A stretch of DNA of 64,000 bases, taken from assembly GCF_009914755.1 (NCBI RefSeq), contig NC_060930.1; one strand, 5' to 3'. The translations under genes were made by a program, and so were the position numbers. Positions 40,588 through 52,972 of the stretch are shown one piece after another (position 1 is the stretch's first letter; the number at the start of each line of letters is the position of its first letter). The DNA is from the human T2T-CHM13v2.0 reference genome, Homo sapiens. The notes under the pieces are model-generated. The model was given only the letters and a program-made list of their open reading frames with translations, made no database searches and was not told where the DNA came from.

Positions 40588-41301
40588 CTGGAAAATAAAA
40601 CACAAAAAATAGCATCATTAGGCTTGTTTTTAATCAGAGCTTTCTAAGATAATCAAGGAAACACAGCTAAATAAAAACAGACAACCATTTTAAAGATATC
40701 TTACATATACATTATAGGAATGTAGTACATATACATTACAGTAATTCTACAATAAGCATTCTTCCCTTTATTTCATTGCTATATCTGCTCTTTCTGGGGA
40801 TTCCTCAATGTGCCAGAGAGTTAGAGATCAATTATTTGTCATCGTGGCAGGCAGAGAAGATATGAATAAACAGGATTCCCAGACCATTAGTCATTTATTT
40901 TAACCAATAACTTCTTTTTCTAAACTTTCACCAGGAATGCTGAGAGTAGGCACATGGAGTAGCTTGAGTCATACACGTTCCTTGTCCACCCTCTAAATAG
41001 GCATGGCTAGGGGAAGCAGGAAGCCTGAGAACCATAAGTGCCAATCTCCCTGGAAAATGCACAAGCTAGCTGACTGAGGGCTGGATCTCCCTGGTGCTCA
41101 GAACTTTGAATTGATCTCCTCTTGTACTCCTTGCCTCTCTTGTCAAAGCATCTATCCTCTATGCTACGAAGTCAACGCATAGATAAGGAAGTTAAAAACT
41201 ATTAAACTTCTGATCTTCCTATCTTCTGACATTTCACACACTCCATTTCTAAGCCTCAAAAAATAAACAGACTTCACTGTTGATTTTAAAAACTTGGCTA
41301 T

Positions 41302-41547
41302 AGCCAGACTTGGTGGCTCATGCCTGTAATCCTAGCACTTTGGGAGGCCAAGGCAGGCAGATCACTTGAGTTCAGGAGTTCGAGATCAGCCTGGGCGACA
41401 TGGCAAAACCATGTCTCTACCAAAAATACAAAAAAGTAGCCAGGTGAGACAGGAGGATCACTTGAGCCTGGGAGGTTGAGGCTGCAGTGAATCGAGATCA
41501 CACCACTGCACCCCAGTCTGGGCAACAGAGTGAGACTTTATCTCAAA
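41302..41547 (+). mobile_element. AluJ with internal deletion
   Basis: GGTGGCTCATGCCTGTAATCC...TTGAGGCTGCAGTGA. Confidence 0.9.
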
Positions 41548-42460
41548 CCCCTCCCCTACCCCCCAAAACCAAAAAGCTTGGTCATTAGAAGATTTTACAT
41601 GGGCAGAGGTAGAGGTATCCTGCAAAGTAATAGGTATCCTTGCTTTGTTATCAGAGAACTCACTAGGGCTTGGAGAGTTGCATTTTGCATTTAAATTAAG
41701 TTCTGTACTATAGGAAGCAGGACAATGACAGGTAGAAGAAGGTAGTCATTTCTAATTATAGGCCCTGCTGGGCAGCCAGCATGCCTGATCTCTGTTTATT
41801 TCCATTCTAGCTAACGAATGGAAAACATGAACAATGTCATAGAAATGTGGATGGCATCAGCATACCAGCTTACTGTCCCTGCCATATGTCTCACTTCTTC
41901 CTGACATCCATCCACTCAGCAACATGAATGAGGCACCCACTGTGTACCCCACACCAGGCTGTCTTTCTCTCCTCGGTTGTCTTTTCCATGTGCCACCTTT
42001 GAAGGTCTCATATCTCTTTTCAAAAAAAAAATTATTTGATGGTTTTCCACTTGCAGAAGTAACATATACTTATCGTAGCAAGTGAAACAAGATGTATAAA
42101 AGGGGAAAATTCGTCATCTCCCTCCCCAGGGCTCTCCATTCCCATCACCCTGATGGAACCAAGGTTGTCTCAGTTGTATTTTGATTAAGAAAGGTCTTTC
42201 AAACTTCCCCATTAGACGGCAATAAGGACCTTGTACCAAGCCTTTGCAGAGGTACAAAAGCTAGTGATAAAGCTGATCACTAATGTGCCATATTTCCTAA
42301 AGACACTGGGCAATGTGGCGCAGTCCTCAGACAGGACATTGTTGTAAATGCAGTGGGTGTGGTTTCCAATTATGGGCTCCCAAACAGCTTGGCTGCCCAG
42401 GAGAAGCGTCTGTCCATATGCACATTTCTGTTAGATTATGTACACATCTTTGAAACTTAC

Positions 42461-42595
42461 CGTGGATACAGGAAAAGCCAGAGTGGTGAAAAGCAGGTCT
42501 CTGAAGGCAGTTAGGAACTTAATGTCTTTTCCCCCTTTGGTTCTTTTCAGCACATCATCCAGGCAGGTGACCCCGTAGAAAATGGTCTGCAAGAG
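42461..42595 (-). CDS. ADTRP: ADTRP coding exon 2 (aa 52-96, LLQTIFYGVTCLDD...TTLAFPVST)
   Basis: TTTAG| acceptor, 135 nt, ACG|GTAAGT donor, in frame with exon 1. Confidence 0.97.
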
Positions 42596-43659
42596 CTAAA
42601 TCCATTACAACAAATGAGGGCATTTTCATTTACTTTAATTAATACCTTCTTCACTGATGGAAAACTCCATCCCTCTGAGAGTAATGTGGCTTTGAGAGGG
42701 AGAGGGCTGTTGGGTTGTTTTGGTTGAGAGCCAATTCAAGGGCTGGGCTTCCAGCTCATTGGGTCCTGACCCTGCTCGCTAAGACTGATTGAGCAAATTT
42801 GTTTAGGGGACAATAATGTGTACAGTATTTAGTGTAATGGACTTGAGCTAACATGGAAACAAAATAAAGAGTCAGCCTAAAAGGGGAATGTAAGGAGATG
42901 GATACCTTGACGGCACAGAGGTTGGAAGAACCAAATAAACAGCTCAAAGGCAAAGAGGCAGATACAGGGTGGACAGAGTCAGGAGTCTTCCTGGGAAGGA
43001 AAATTAGGAAAAATGCCTAGTGCTGAAATCTCACTAGAGAAACTGGAATCAGGTCAAGAGGACCACCACGAATCTCTGTGCTCTCCCAAGAAAGGCACAC
43101 AAAAGGGTGCCTTGCTCAGCCGAAGAAGAGCCGGTGCACTTTCTTCCTTAAATAGGGCACCTGCAGGCCTCACCGAGACAATCTGGCCGTGGCAGCAATT
43201 TAAATCCAAGGGGATAGAGCAAGCCATGAGCGCTGGTGGGTTACTAAGTGCTGTGTGGTCCCCAAAGCCAGGAGAAAGAGAAGGAGGGTATTTTTCAAGA
43301 AAGTAATACGATATGGAAGGCAAGCTTTGTACATTCTTGTTGCTTTGTACAGTTCTGTGGTTTCTCATTTAAGGACTGGTAGGTCATGAAGATATGGAGT
43401 TTGGGGGGTGGGGTTAAGTTAGGCTTGCGACAGAATCCATCCAAATCCTTGAAAGCCCTGGACTGGTACAAGAGGGGTGGTCTGGACTCTGCTTTTAGGG
43501 TATAAGTCAGGAAGGTTCTAGAGCCTGGGGAGCTGGGCTGGGGATTGATCAAGGTGGCTGTTGGGGAACAATCTTTGAGCTCTGGACTCTAGGAAAGACC
43601 TAGCAAAGTCAGCCACATGCTGCTCCTGGGCTGAGGGCGTAGGCAGGAAATGATACAGA

Positions 43660-44062
43660 GGTGGGTCAGACCAGCTACACCCATCACCCAGGAGCTTGTT
43701 AGAAATGCAGGACCTCCATCCTATCCCAGACTACGGAATCAAAATCTCTGGAAATGGGGTCCAAGAGTTTGTTTTTTAAGAAGCTTCTCCAGAGCTTGTT
43801 AAAGATTGTTTATCTGGGTGGGATGAGGGGAGAAATTGAAAAACTACCTATTGGGTACTAAGCTGATTACCCGGGTCACAAAATAATCTATACTTATATA
43901 ACAAACCTGCAAATGTACCCTTGAATGTAAAATAAAAGTTAAAAAAAAAAAAGAAATTTTTGGCCAACCTTATTAAGATACACTTTACAGAATATAAAAT
44001 ATAGATTTTAAATGTAGAAAAAGATTATTTAATCTTTATGTAGGCTAAAGCTAGAACCACTG
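43660..44062 (+). mobile_element. MER5A interrupted by short L1P 3' end (43816-43952)
   Basis: CATCACCCAGGAGCTTGTTAGAAATGCAG...AGAACCACTG with an inserted L1PB/PA15-like tail and poly(A). Confidence 0.75.
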
Positions 44063-44117
44063 AATGAGACCCAAGTTTAGCCCTCAAAAATCTTACTACT
44101 CAAAGCTATAAAGCGGA

Positions 44118-44290
44118 CTTTTATTCATTACTTGGTATGTGCCAGGCACTGAACTGTGTTTCATTCTCATAACAACCTTACGAGCCAAGTCCTATCATTA
44201 GACTCCCCCGCCCACCACCATTTTACAAACGAGGAAACAAACCTGCCTAAAGCTTCCTGGCTGGTAGATGTCAAACCCAGCAGTCCTGTT
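44118..44290 (-). mobile_element. MIR (sense to the ADTRP transcript), host of the cassette exon
   Basis: TATGTGCCAGGCACTG...CATTTTACAAACGAGGAAAC. Confidence 0.8.
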
Positions 44291-44296
44291 CTTGAG
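44243..44296 (-). CDS. ADTRP: ADTRP alternative in-frame cassette exon (18 aa LKNRTAGFDIYQPGSFRQ), MIR-derived
   Basis: Acceptor TTTTTTTATTTTTCGAAGTCTAG|, 54 nt, phase 0/0, donor CAG|GTTTGT, no stop. Matches my recollection of the 18-aa insert in the long ADTRP isoform. Confidence 0.8.
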
Positions 44297-44424
44297 CTAG
44301 ACTTCGAAAAAATAAAAAAATTATCAGGTTTCTGAGCGTAGTTCAGATAAAGCATTGTGGGAGGTCAGAAGAGAGACAATTATCTCCAGGTGGGAGAATG
44401 AAGGACCACTTCACAAACCACCGC

Positions 44425-44915
44425 TGCCTGGTTCCCACCCCCAGAGATTCTAATGTAATCAGTCTGGGGCTAGGGCCTAGGGGTTGGGATTTTTAAAATC
44501 CTCCCAGGTGATTCTAATCACGGGCAGCTGAGGCTGAGAACCACCTGCCTGGAGGAACTTCCGTTTGGAAATTCAGACCCTGCAGTCTCAAGAGAGGCGG
44601 GGCTGGGGAGATGCAGGCTGTTGAGCCCTCCTGTGGAACAAGATTGCAGGAAAGGGAGAGAGGAGAGGGGAGAACAGAAAAGCAGGCAGCAGACAGCAGG
44701 GAAAGGTCCTTGTCTAAGGGACAGCAAGGGAAAGGGACATAAAGGTACTAAAGAACGGCCGGGGGTAGAAGAGCCAGAAGGTAGGAAATCACGGGCCCTG
44801 GGGTGGAGGAGCTTTCGAACCAGAAAGGGGTGTCCCAGGGAGGGGTGGGGCAACAGCTTTAAATGGCAGGAAGGGGTTGCCACCCTAATACTTCTCATTA
44901 TTGCTGGTGATTTTG
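44425..44915 (-). mobile_element. MER5A plus L2-derived segment, inverted paralogue of 3555-4030
   Basis: CAGGTGATTCTAATC...GAGAACCACCTG, adjacent L2-like sequence. Confidence 0.65.
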
Positions 44916-44999
44916 ACATTCACACCCTCAGGGCTGCAGAATTTGGATGTGTAGTCATTTGCACAGGGAGTTGGGAGAAGTTCCCTCCTCTCTCCCTCC

Positions 45000-45845
45000 C
45001 CCACCAGTAGCCTCGCCTCACCCTGGTTTCACTTCCAGCCGCTCAGGCCGCAGCAGGCCAGGCTGCTGCTGTAGTTAGGAAGAGCAGGCACAGGCTTGGG
45101 CCCAGGGGAAGAGGCCTGCGCTGTTCTATCAGCAGGGCAATTAATCCCATCCTGAGCCTGGGCCAGGCCTTCCCTCTCTGGGGAGAGGCCGCCTCCGCCC
45201 GGCGTGTGAAGTCCATGTGACCTGCTTTCCTCAGGCTGGAGCTTCCTAGAGTCATCGTGAGTCAAGCTCCTCCTGACTTTCTCCTGCCTCTCCCAGTCAC
45301 AGGATGTGGAAATCGGATTGGGGGAAAGAACGCATTACTCAGATCCTCCGGGCCTTCTCCATCAATAAAAACTTGCTTTACACCTCCAACTTGTCAATCC
45401 CCTCTCCCTCTCCACCCCAGCTCACGGTTACTTCTCAGGCTTATGGCACACGGGCCTCTCTAGGTGCCCACGGTGTGTGCCAGGCAGCCCTGTCGCCATC
45501 GAGCTTACTCAACATTGAGGCGTCTTTGTCCGAATTCACCACAAGCAGGTGGAACCCCCGCGTGGGGGCTCAGGAGGGAGGCACTAGGGAGCCGCCAAGG
45601 AAAAGAAACCTGCAAGAGCTGGGGCGTGAAGGGGCTGCCAGGAGCAGCTGGGGCACACGGAGAGCGAGAGAGCCTCTCCCAGGCTCCATGGGGAGGCTTC
45701 CAGGAGGGCAGCAGGGACAGGTGTGGATCAGCCCATCCCACCCGAACGGTCTGCTTATTCTCCAAAGACGATGCAATGTTTATAAAACTCAGGATGAGCT
45801 TGACTCACGATAACAGACGGAGCGATCAGGGGAGGCAATGTTAGC
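45000..45845. promoter_or_regulatory. Putative intron-1 enhancer (GC/CpG-rich, AP-1 and ETS-IRF motifs)
   Basis: Retained CpGs, TGAGTCA 45258-45264, TGACTCA 45801-45807, GGAAGTGAAA (minus) 45027-45036. Confidence 0.4.
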
Positions 45846-46221
45846 TGTTATGGGCTAATTTATATCCCCCACCAACCACCACCAAATTCATATGTCGAAA
45901 TCCTAACCTCCAGGACCTCAGAATATGACTGTATTAAAGTGGTGATGAAGTTAAAATGAGGTCACGATGGTGCACCCTAATTCACTATGACTGGTGTCCT
46001 TATCAGAAAGGGAGATGAGGACTACAGACACACACAGAGGGAAGACCACGTGAGGGCACAGGGAGAAGGCGGCCATCTGCAAGCCAAGGACAGAGGCCTC
46101 AGGAGAAACCGACCTTGCCCACATCTTCAACTTCCAGCCTCCAGAACTATGAGAAAATCAATTTCTGTTGTGTAAGCCCAGTCCATGGTAGTTTGTTACG
46201 GCAGCCCTAGGAAACTATACA
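45846..46221 (+). mobile_element. MLT1B solo LTR
   Basis: TGTTATGGGCT...AAATTCATATGTCGAAATCCTAACC...GCAGCCCTAGGAAACTATACA. Confidence 0.85.
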
Positions 46222-47502
46222 GTAGCATTAAAATATGATCGCCACAACTGGTCTTCTTTTGAGACTCTTACAACAAAATTACTATCATTTACATTTCACA
46301 GCTATTTTGGCCGCCCAGAAAAGCCCAGACGTAACGGCATCTACTTATTCTAAGTTTATTTCAGACCTGCTGCTCCCTGATTTATCCTTTCTCCTGGTTC
46401 TTCCCTAATTCTGTTCCCACTGCGTGTTCCGTGCCTTTTCCTGAAATGCTGCTTCTGAGTTCGTTAGCTGTCTTTTGTTTCTGTTGCTAGCTGACAAACT
46501 AACACCTGCGACAAAGCTGAATTGACACTTTTAAATAACTAATGCAATTCAAAAAACTGCAGTTAAAGGATATTTAGTTTTTACATTCATGTGTTTTCAC
46601 AAACCCACAAAAATCTTCAAATCGTGGAAGCTTAGCCTTTCCAAGTCATCAAGCTTATCTCTTGCCTTTAAGCCAGAGCCCTCTCTCTTTAAACTACCTT
46701 AGGAAATGAGAATTTCTTCTATTTAAAAAGTAATTCCAGGGAGGGAGATTCCACAAGTTTCCTGAGCAAGACATTACAAGTCTTATTGGATGAGTCAAGT
46801 AATCCAACACCTAACTCAGGACTGTGCCTGACTCAGCCAGGCGGGACTTTCTTATTTCTCTCCTTTGAAATGATGCAAGAATTTGCGGTGGAAGACTACA
46901 CCAGAAGAAAACAGCAATTGGGGGCTGTGATGAGTCCTTTATATAACAGTGGTGGTTGTGTTTGGGGCAGGTACTTTGCCAAGTATATCTGTATTCGTAT
47001 GGAATATAGGATTTCTGTCATCATTCATACACATTTAACTTAAGAAACTGAGATTAAAGGATGCAATAAAGAACACAGGAGGAGAAAGAATGTGCAGAAC
47101 CACAGTTTGGAATAATGAAGAGAAAAATGAGACCAAGAGCATCAAGGGACAGGTTGGAAAGAAGTACCAGAATGCTTGGCCAATGTCGCATAGCTGAGGA
47201 CAACGGGCTTCAGTACAGCAGTAGGGTGGCTGTGGGATAAAACACCTTCATGATGGGATGGCCTCATGCCTGTTAGAACCATGTTCTGGTCATTCACTCA
47301 TTCAACCAACATTCACGGAATGTCAGTTAGGTACAGAAATTGTCGGTGAGGTATCAGAACATAATACAGGCCAGGGAAAGCTCTGTGTTAGTGTCTTTAT
47401 CTGGAATTAGGAAAAGAAGAAGTGGAAGAAGATGATGAGGAGAAGGGGGAGGAGGAAGAGGAGGGAGAGAAACCTTTTCTGTATGTTTGGTATTTTACAC
47501 GA

Positions 47503-47929
47503 TGCAGGTCAGGTTCCGTGGGAAACAATCTGAGATTCTGAGATGTGCCTGCAGGATGTTCACTGAAGAACGCTCTCAGACATCTATGAGAGGCAAAAAG
47601 GGAGAAGGATTGAAGTGGGGGAGGCTAAGTGCTGGGCAGTTGCATGGAATCAGCTGATCCCTTGAGGAGCTCTGAGCTGAGCTGCTCGTTCAGAGCTGTC
47701 CGGGAGTGCAGCATTTGCACCCCATATTGGATGCCAGTTATGGCAGGCAGCAACGCCAGGGAGGGACCTAAACCTTGGTCGAGGCAGCTCCCTTCTGCTG
47801 AGGGCAATTCTGGGAGGGGATCTCAGCTTTGCACCATCAGCAGCCAACACTCCTGAGAGCTGGGGACTGAGTACCTCAGCGCTGGGGAGGTATGAGGATC
47901 TGGGTGCCTTATCAGAGTATCCACTGCAC
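47503..47929 (-). mobile_element. LTR16A-like (ERVL) solo LTR inserted in a MIR
   Basis: Minus strand starts TGCAGTGGATACTCTG...CACCCAGATCC; MIR core resumes at ~47930. Confidence 0.7.
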
Positions 47930-48237
47930 ATGAGAAAACTGAAGCACAGAGAAGTTAGGCAAGTCACTCAAAATCACACAGCAAGTGAGCACAGCCAGTG
48001 TTCTGGTTTCAGAAGCCAGGTCTTCAATCACTCATCTCTATACTGCGTCCAAAGAACCTACCAAAATGCTGTCATAGTTACTTGCTCAATAATTTATAGC
48101 TGCTTTATTTTGGGTGCTGGTGGTGACTATCACATAGTTCTCTCAGTCCTTACCCTTTCAGCTATTGAAGTGCATCTTTGTGAGGCAGAAATAGTTAAGT
48201 GTATTTCTGACTCCACGTTGCTGAAGAGTGCCATAGG

Positions 48238-48550
<313 letters not shown>

Positions 48551-49509
48551 AGTGCCATAGATTATTACTTAAGGTTGGTCCCCCAAGTGTTGAAGTGGGT
48601 GCCATACTATAAATTCAACCCCATCTTCTCACTGTTCACAGGCTGCCTTGAAGTTTAGACCCATAGAGGCCTCCCAGCTCCTCTGTTCCCCCAGCCCCAG
48701 GCCAGCAACCCCAAGGACTTATGTGGTATTGCCACTGTTGTCATCATGAGAAGTTGAGGGTGATGACGACGGAGCTGCCTGGGGCTTGGGCAACTTATGA
48801 AAAGGGAGGGAAAGGTCATGCTTCTGTTGTTGAAGGGGGTGTCAGGGGCGTGGGGAGGGAGGGGCCCACTCAGAATCTCCCCTGGAGATCCCAGTTATGT
48901 GGCCCCACCTCTAACAATGTTTCAGAAGGAAGCTTATCTTTAAAAAGAGGAAACCCTAATAAACTGAATGAATTCTGCGAGCCAAGCTGTGGCTGCTGAG
49001 CCTTGCCCTAAACCCCCTAGCTCATATTCTCTGGGATTAGGGACAGTCCCTGGATGGAAATGGGGTGGACAGAGAGCAAGGGACATAGCATTTGTGGAGG
49101 ACTCAGGCACTGGATGATCTGAGCCAACCTAAGCTGCTTGAGGACACCCATGGCACTGCCTTGGTCTCACGCCTAGCCTCTGGGGTTCCCCATTCTGCAT
49201 GGCTGTCTGCTGGAGCCTGCAGACTCTACCACCAGGACGGCCTGGTGCCTGCGGGCAGCTACAGCAGGGAGAGCAGTGGCTCGACAGTGGTCCTTCTCCA
49301 GCTGGGAAGATGGGGCATGCAGCTCGGGGAGGGAGAAATAGTAGCCATGAAGGGGAAGGGGGTGGATGACTCCTGCTGGCCTCCACCCCGCAACAACCTA
49401 GGTGCTCAGTGAGGAGACTGATGTTCTACTAAGTCACCCTCCTGCATCACCTTCTCTACCCAGAGAAGTTCACCATCACCTCCCCATCTTCTCTCCCCAC
49501 TGTCCACTG

Positions 49510-49700
49510 CCTAACACCCTGCTGACGCCATTCTGAGCGCTTCCCACCTGTCAGATCATTTCTCCCCCATGGCTACCCTATGGTTAGGTACTATTTTTAT
49601 TTCTATTTGACAGACGTGGAAATGAAAGACACAAAGAAGTGCCTAGCCCAGGGTCTCGGGGGCAGTAAGCAGTGGGACTGAGGTACCATCCCAGAGATTG
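49510..49700 (-). mobile_element. MIR
   Basis: TAGGTACTATT...TTTGACAGACGTGGAAATGAAAG. Confidence 0.6.
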
Positions 49701-50539
49701 CAATTGTAACCATTGTGAAATACCACCTCTCCCTCCCAGCAGGGAATCAGTGGCCCCTTCACTGAGGTCAGTTTACTCTCTTATTAGGCAGAGACTCCCA
49801 TCTGTCCTCTCCTACCTTCACTCTCCTTAGTCAGAAATGGGTCACCCTGACCAATTCTCAATGGCACCTTAGCCACTACCACCAACCCCAGGGGAGTAGC
49901 TCAGTGCAACTCGTGTCTGTCTCCTGTCTCCTGTCTGTCTCCCCTTCCAGTCCCCTGGGATAGCTTCAAGGGGAACTGGGGCAATGCTCACAGTGCCAAC
50001 TGGCACAAAAGGGGGCTTTGCTCTTACAAAGGGGACAAAAATGATACTCAGCCAATTAGAAATTCAAGCTGTTTACGAGGAGGGGTGTAAATTTTCTGGT
50101 AATCAGGACTGGATACTAACTTCCCCAAGGTGAGGTAAAATAAATATAAGAATGTGAGCGTAAGTTGTGAGACCTTTATGACTTAATAAACACAACCACC
50201 AATTAATTAGTCATGAATGAACACTAATTAATCATTAGGAGACACAACCATTAATCAGCCCATGAGATCTCAAGAGCTAGACATTTGCAGGTCCAATATT
50301 TCACCTTAAGCAACATATTCGAAATCTACATTAAATCGATCCTCTGAAATACACTCAACCCATCTTCACCAGTTGGGAAGCATTTCATTAGGTCACACTT
50401 TCAAGATGACTCCTAATGGAGCTCAGAAAGAAAATCACCACAGGCAAGCCCCTCTCAGCTTATTTACGAGGGCCAGAAGATACCAGAAGAGAGGGACTGC
50501 TTGAGGATGCAGAAAGGCTGAGGTCACGTCAACGTACCA

Positions 50540-51535
50540 AGTCGCAGCTTTTTAATATCTGGGTATCCTGTGCCAGCCACTGTGCTGAATTCAAGGTAGA
50601 AATATAGACGGTTAGGGTTGGCAAGGACCTAAGATTAAAAAAAACTTCTGTTTTGGAGCCAAAGTTTGATTGGAATGTTAAGACTCACATGGCAGGGAGA
50701 GAGGGAATTAGAAAACAATACTACATATAAATCAGCAGAGACTGAGAGATGCTGTGAAAATCAGAGAAAGGAAAAGGAAATTTGGACTGGAGTTGGTCAG
50801 CAAGGATTTGGGAGGAGTATATGTGATTCCCAATGTTCTATGAAAGAAGCAATGTGGTGGAGAGAGGTAAGTAGGCCTTTCTTCTAAGGATAGAGAGAAC
50901 ACCGGGCAGAGAAGTGACAGCAGGAAGCCCAAGGACCAATACTAGTGAGACGCAGTCCTTACTGCAGAAGAGACCAGCCTCCCAGGGAGAGGGAACCCGA
51001 AAGGCTGGTTGGGCAGGTGAGCTCTTGAATCGGGAGTTTGACATTGGGTCCATGAGGCAGGAGGGAGCCACTGTGGTTTCCTGAGCGGCAGGCCACACTT
51101 TTAGATCCAGGTCATGGTATTAAAAAACAAACCAAAACCAGTGCTTTGAGAAGATTAATTTGGAATCTAAGTGGCTGGATTGGACCATGAATGGACAGTA
51201 AAGAGATGATATGGTCATCCAGGTAGGCTTAATATAAGCCTGGAATGAGAGAGACAGTAGTAAGGTTGAAGAAGAAAGGATGAACTTAGTAAAAGGAAAA
51301 ACTAATAGGATTTGGTAGCTGATCAATCAGGGAAGCAAAATTGGGATTAACACTAGGAAATGATAGTATCATTGACAAGATAAGAGACTTTTCTCACTCT
51401 TGGAAAATAAGGGCTCTTGGAAATGTAGGTGAGCTAGAATTAAAAAGTCAGGATCAGTTGTGTGTGTGTGTGTGTGTATACAAAGAGGTAAGGGAGCTAG
51501 TTAATGAGTGTGGTGATAAATCTATTCTTAGCCAC
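50540..51535 (-). mobile_element. Degenerate L2
   Basis: Antisense L2-like motifs (GGAGCCACTGTGGTTTCCTGAGC, GTCATCCAGG). Confidence 0.55.
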
Positions 51536-52819
51536 ACATAGTGTGAGGTAGGACATTCATACTGGAATTGGATTTTATTAGAAAGTCAGTCCTAACTACA
51601 GACACACTTCCCTTTTAGTGGACTGTTTTTCATAGAAAGCCAATAGAGACACAAACCTTAGGGGTGTGTGTGTATGCGCGCGTGTGTGTGTGGTTTTTTG
51701 TTGTTGTTGTTGTTTACTGTGGCACTGCTAGTTATACAAAAAACATTTTTTGTTTTGTTTCTGTTTGTTTTTCTCATAAAATTCCATGATTGAAACAAGT
51801 AGTCACCTTGAAGTTTTCAAAGACACTAGAGCTGTGTTCAGGGTTCCAATTTTTCAGGCCCAAATCAAGAGGCCACTAACCAACCAGTGAGGAGGAAGCA
51901 GCCACTTTGGGCCTCTTTGATTTTAACTCTCTCCATTTCCACGTCCTTAGCATTTCAGAGTGTCGCAGTTTCTGACCACATACATTCTCCGCTTGTCAAA
52001 TGAGGATTACAATTCTGAAAACAGATGTTTATGTGGCACCCAAGATTTTAGTCAAAAACCTCAAATATTAATTCACATCCCCAAATGATTCCCCATTATT
52101 AGCTTTTAACTTTAAAAGTATTTTTTTAAGCTATTCCTCAAAGTATTTTTCATAATCTGCTTTTCTCCCATTCATTCACACTTCATCAGAATGCAGTCAG
52201 CCAGGTTAGGAAGACAAGAAAGGAGTAAGTCATAAGATTGGTTTTTAAATAGTTGAAAATGTGTATTTGCCATTCGGTTGGGTGATTTGTCCTTTAAGAT
52301 GGAGCCTGAACCTATAAAAAATTGAGGTGGGAGCTGAACATGGCAAAATGTGTTTGCTTTTCTTAGATAAATCTGTTAGTCTGTGTGTGCTGTAAAATGG
52401 CATTATTCCTTCATTGGAAATTACACTTCCTACACACCATACGCCACTCTGCCTTCTCTTCACAGACTTCCCCAAGCAAAGTTCAAAATGCCTCCTGCAT
52501 TTGTAGTTAATCCCATGGTGAAACCATTAGCATGGTCCCCTCTTTGAGCTCATCTGAAAAGAGCTCCAAGATGAGATTTTTTTTTTCAAGAGAGCATTTA
52601 ACAATGAGCCAGCATAGAAATGTTAACTATAGATAATTTCCAAATTGGGTTTATCAGAGCAAATTGTTAAGTAAACAAAAAACCCAAAACTCACAAAACG
52701 GTGAAGAAGGAAGACAAATAACAAAATTGTGTATTTAATAAAATCCAAAGATGATATGTGTGGCAGCACTGATATTCTAGAGAAATGGATCGGTTCCTGG
52801 TACGGACATATGGACTTAC

Positions 52820-52972
52820 CAGATTAAGCAGCGTCATATATTTCCACCTTGCACCATTTGCCAAGATTTTGGGTTTCACCTCGTCTTTTCCTTCCTGTGA
52901 GATGTAATAATTGAGGAAAGTATACCAGCTCAGAACAAGGAAGTGGTATATGCATGTAGAAGTCTTCGTCAT
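52820..52972 (-). CDS. ADTRP: ADTRP coding exon 1 (aa 1-51, MTKTSTCIYHFLVLSWYTF...KYMTLLNL; contains catalytic Thr47)
   Basis: ATG at 52972 (GCCATGA context), 153 nt, donor CTG|GTAAGT at 52819. Translation matches the human ADTRP N-terminus as recalled. Confidence 0.97.

Noticed and set aside
45304-45844. Overlapping 169- and 126-aa ORFs
   Set aside because: GC-rich sequence with few stops; no recognisable protein family.
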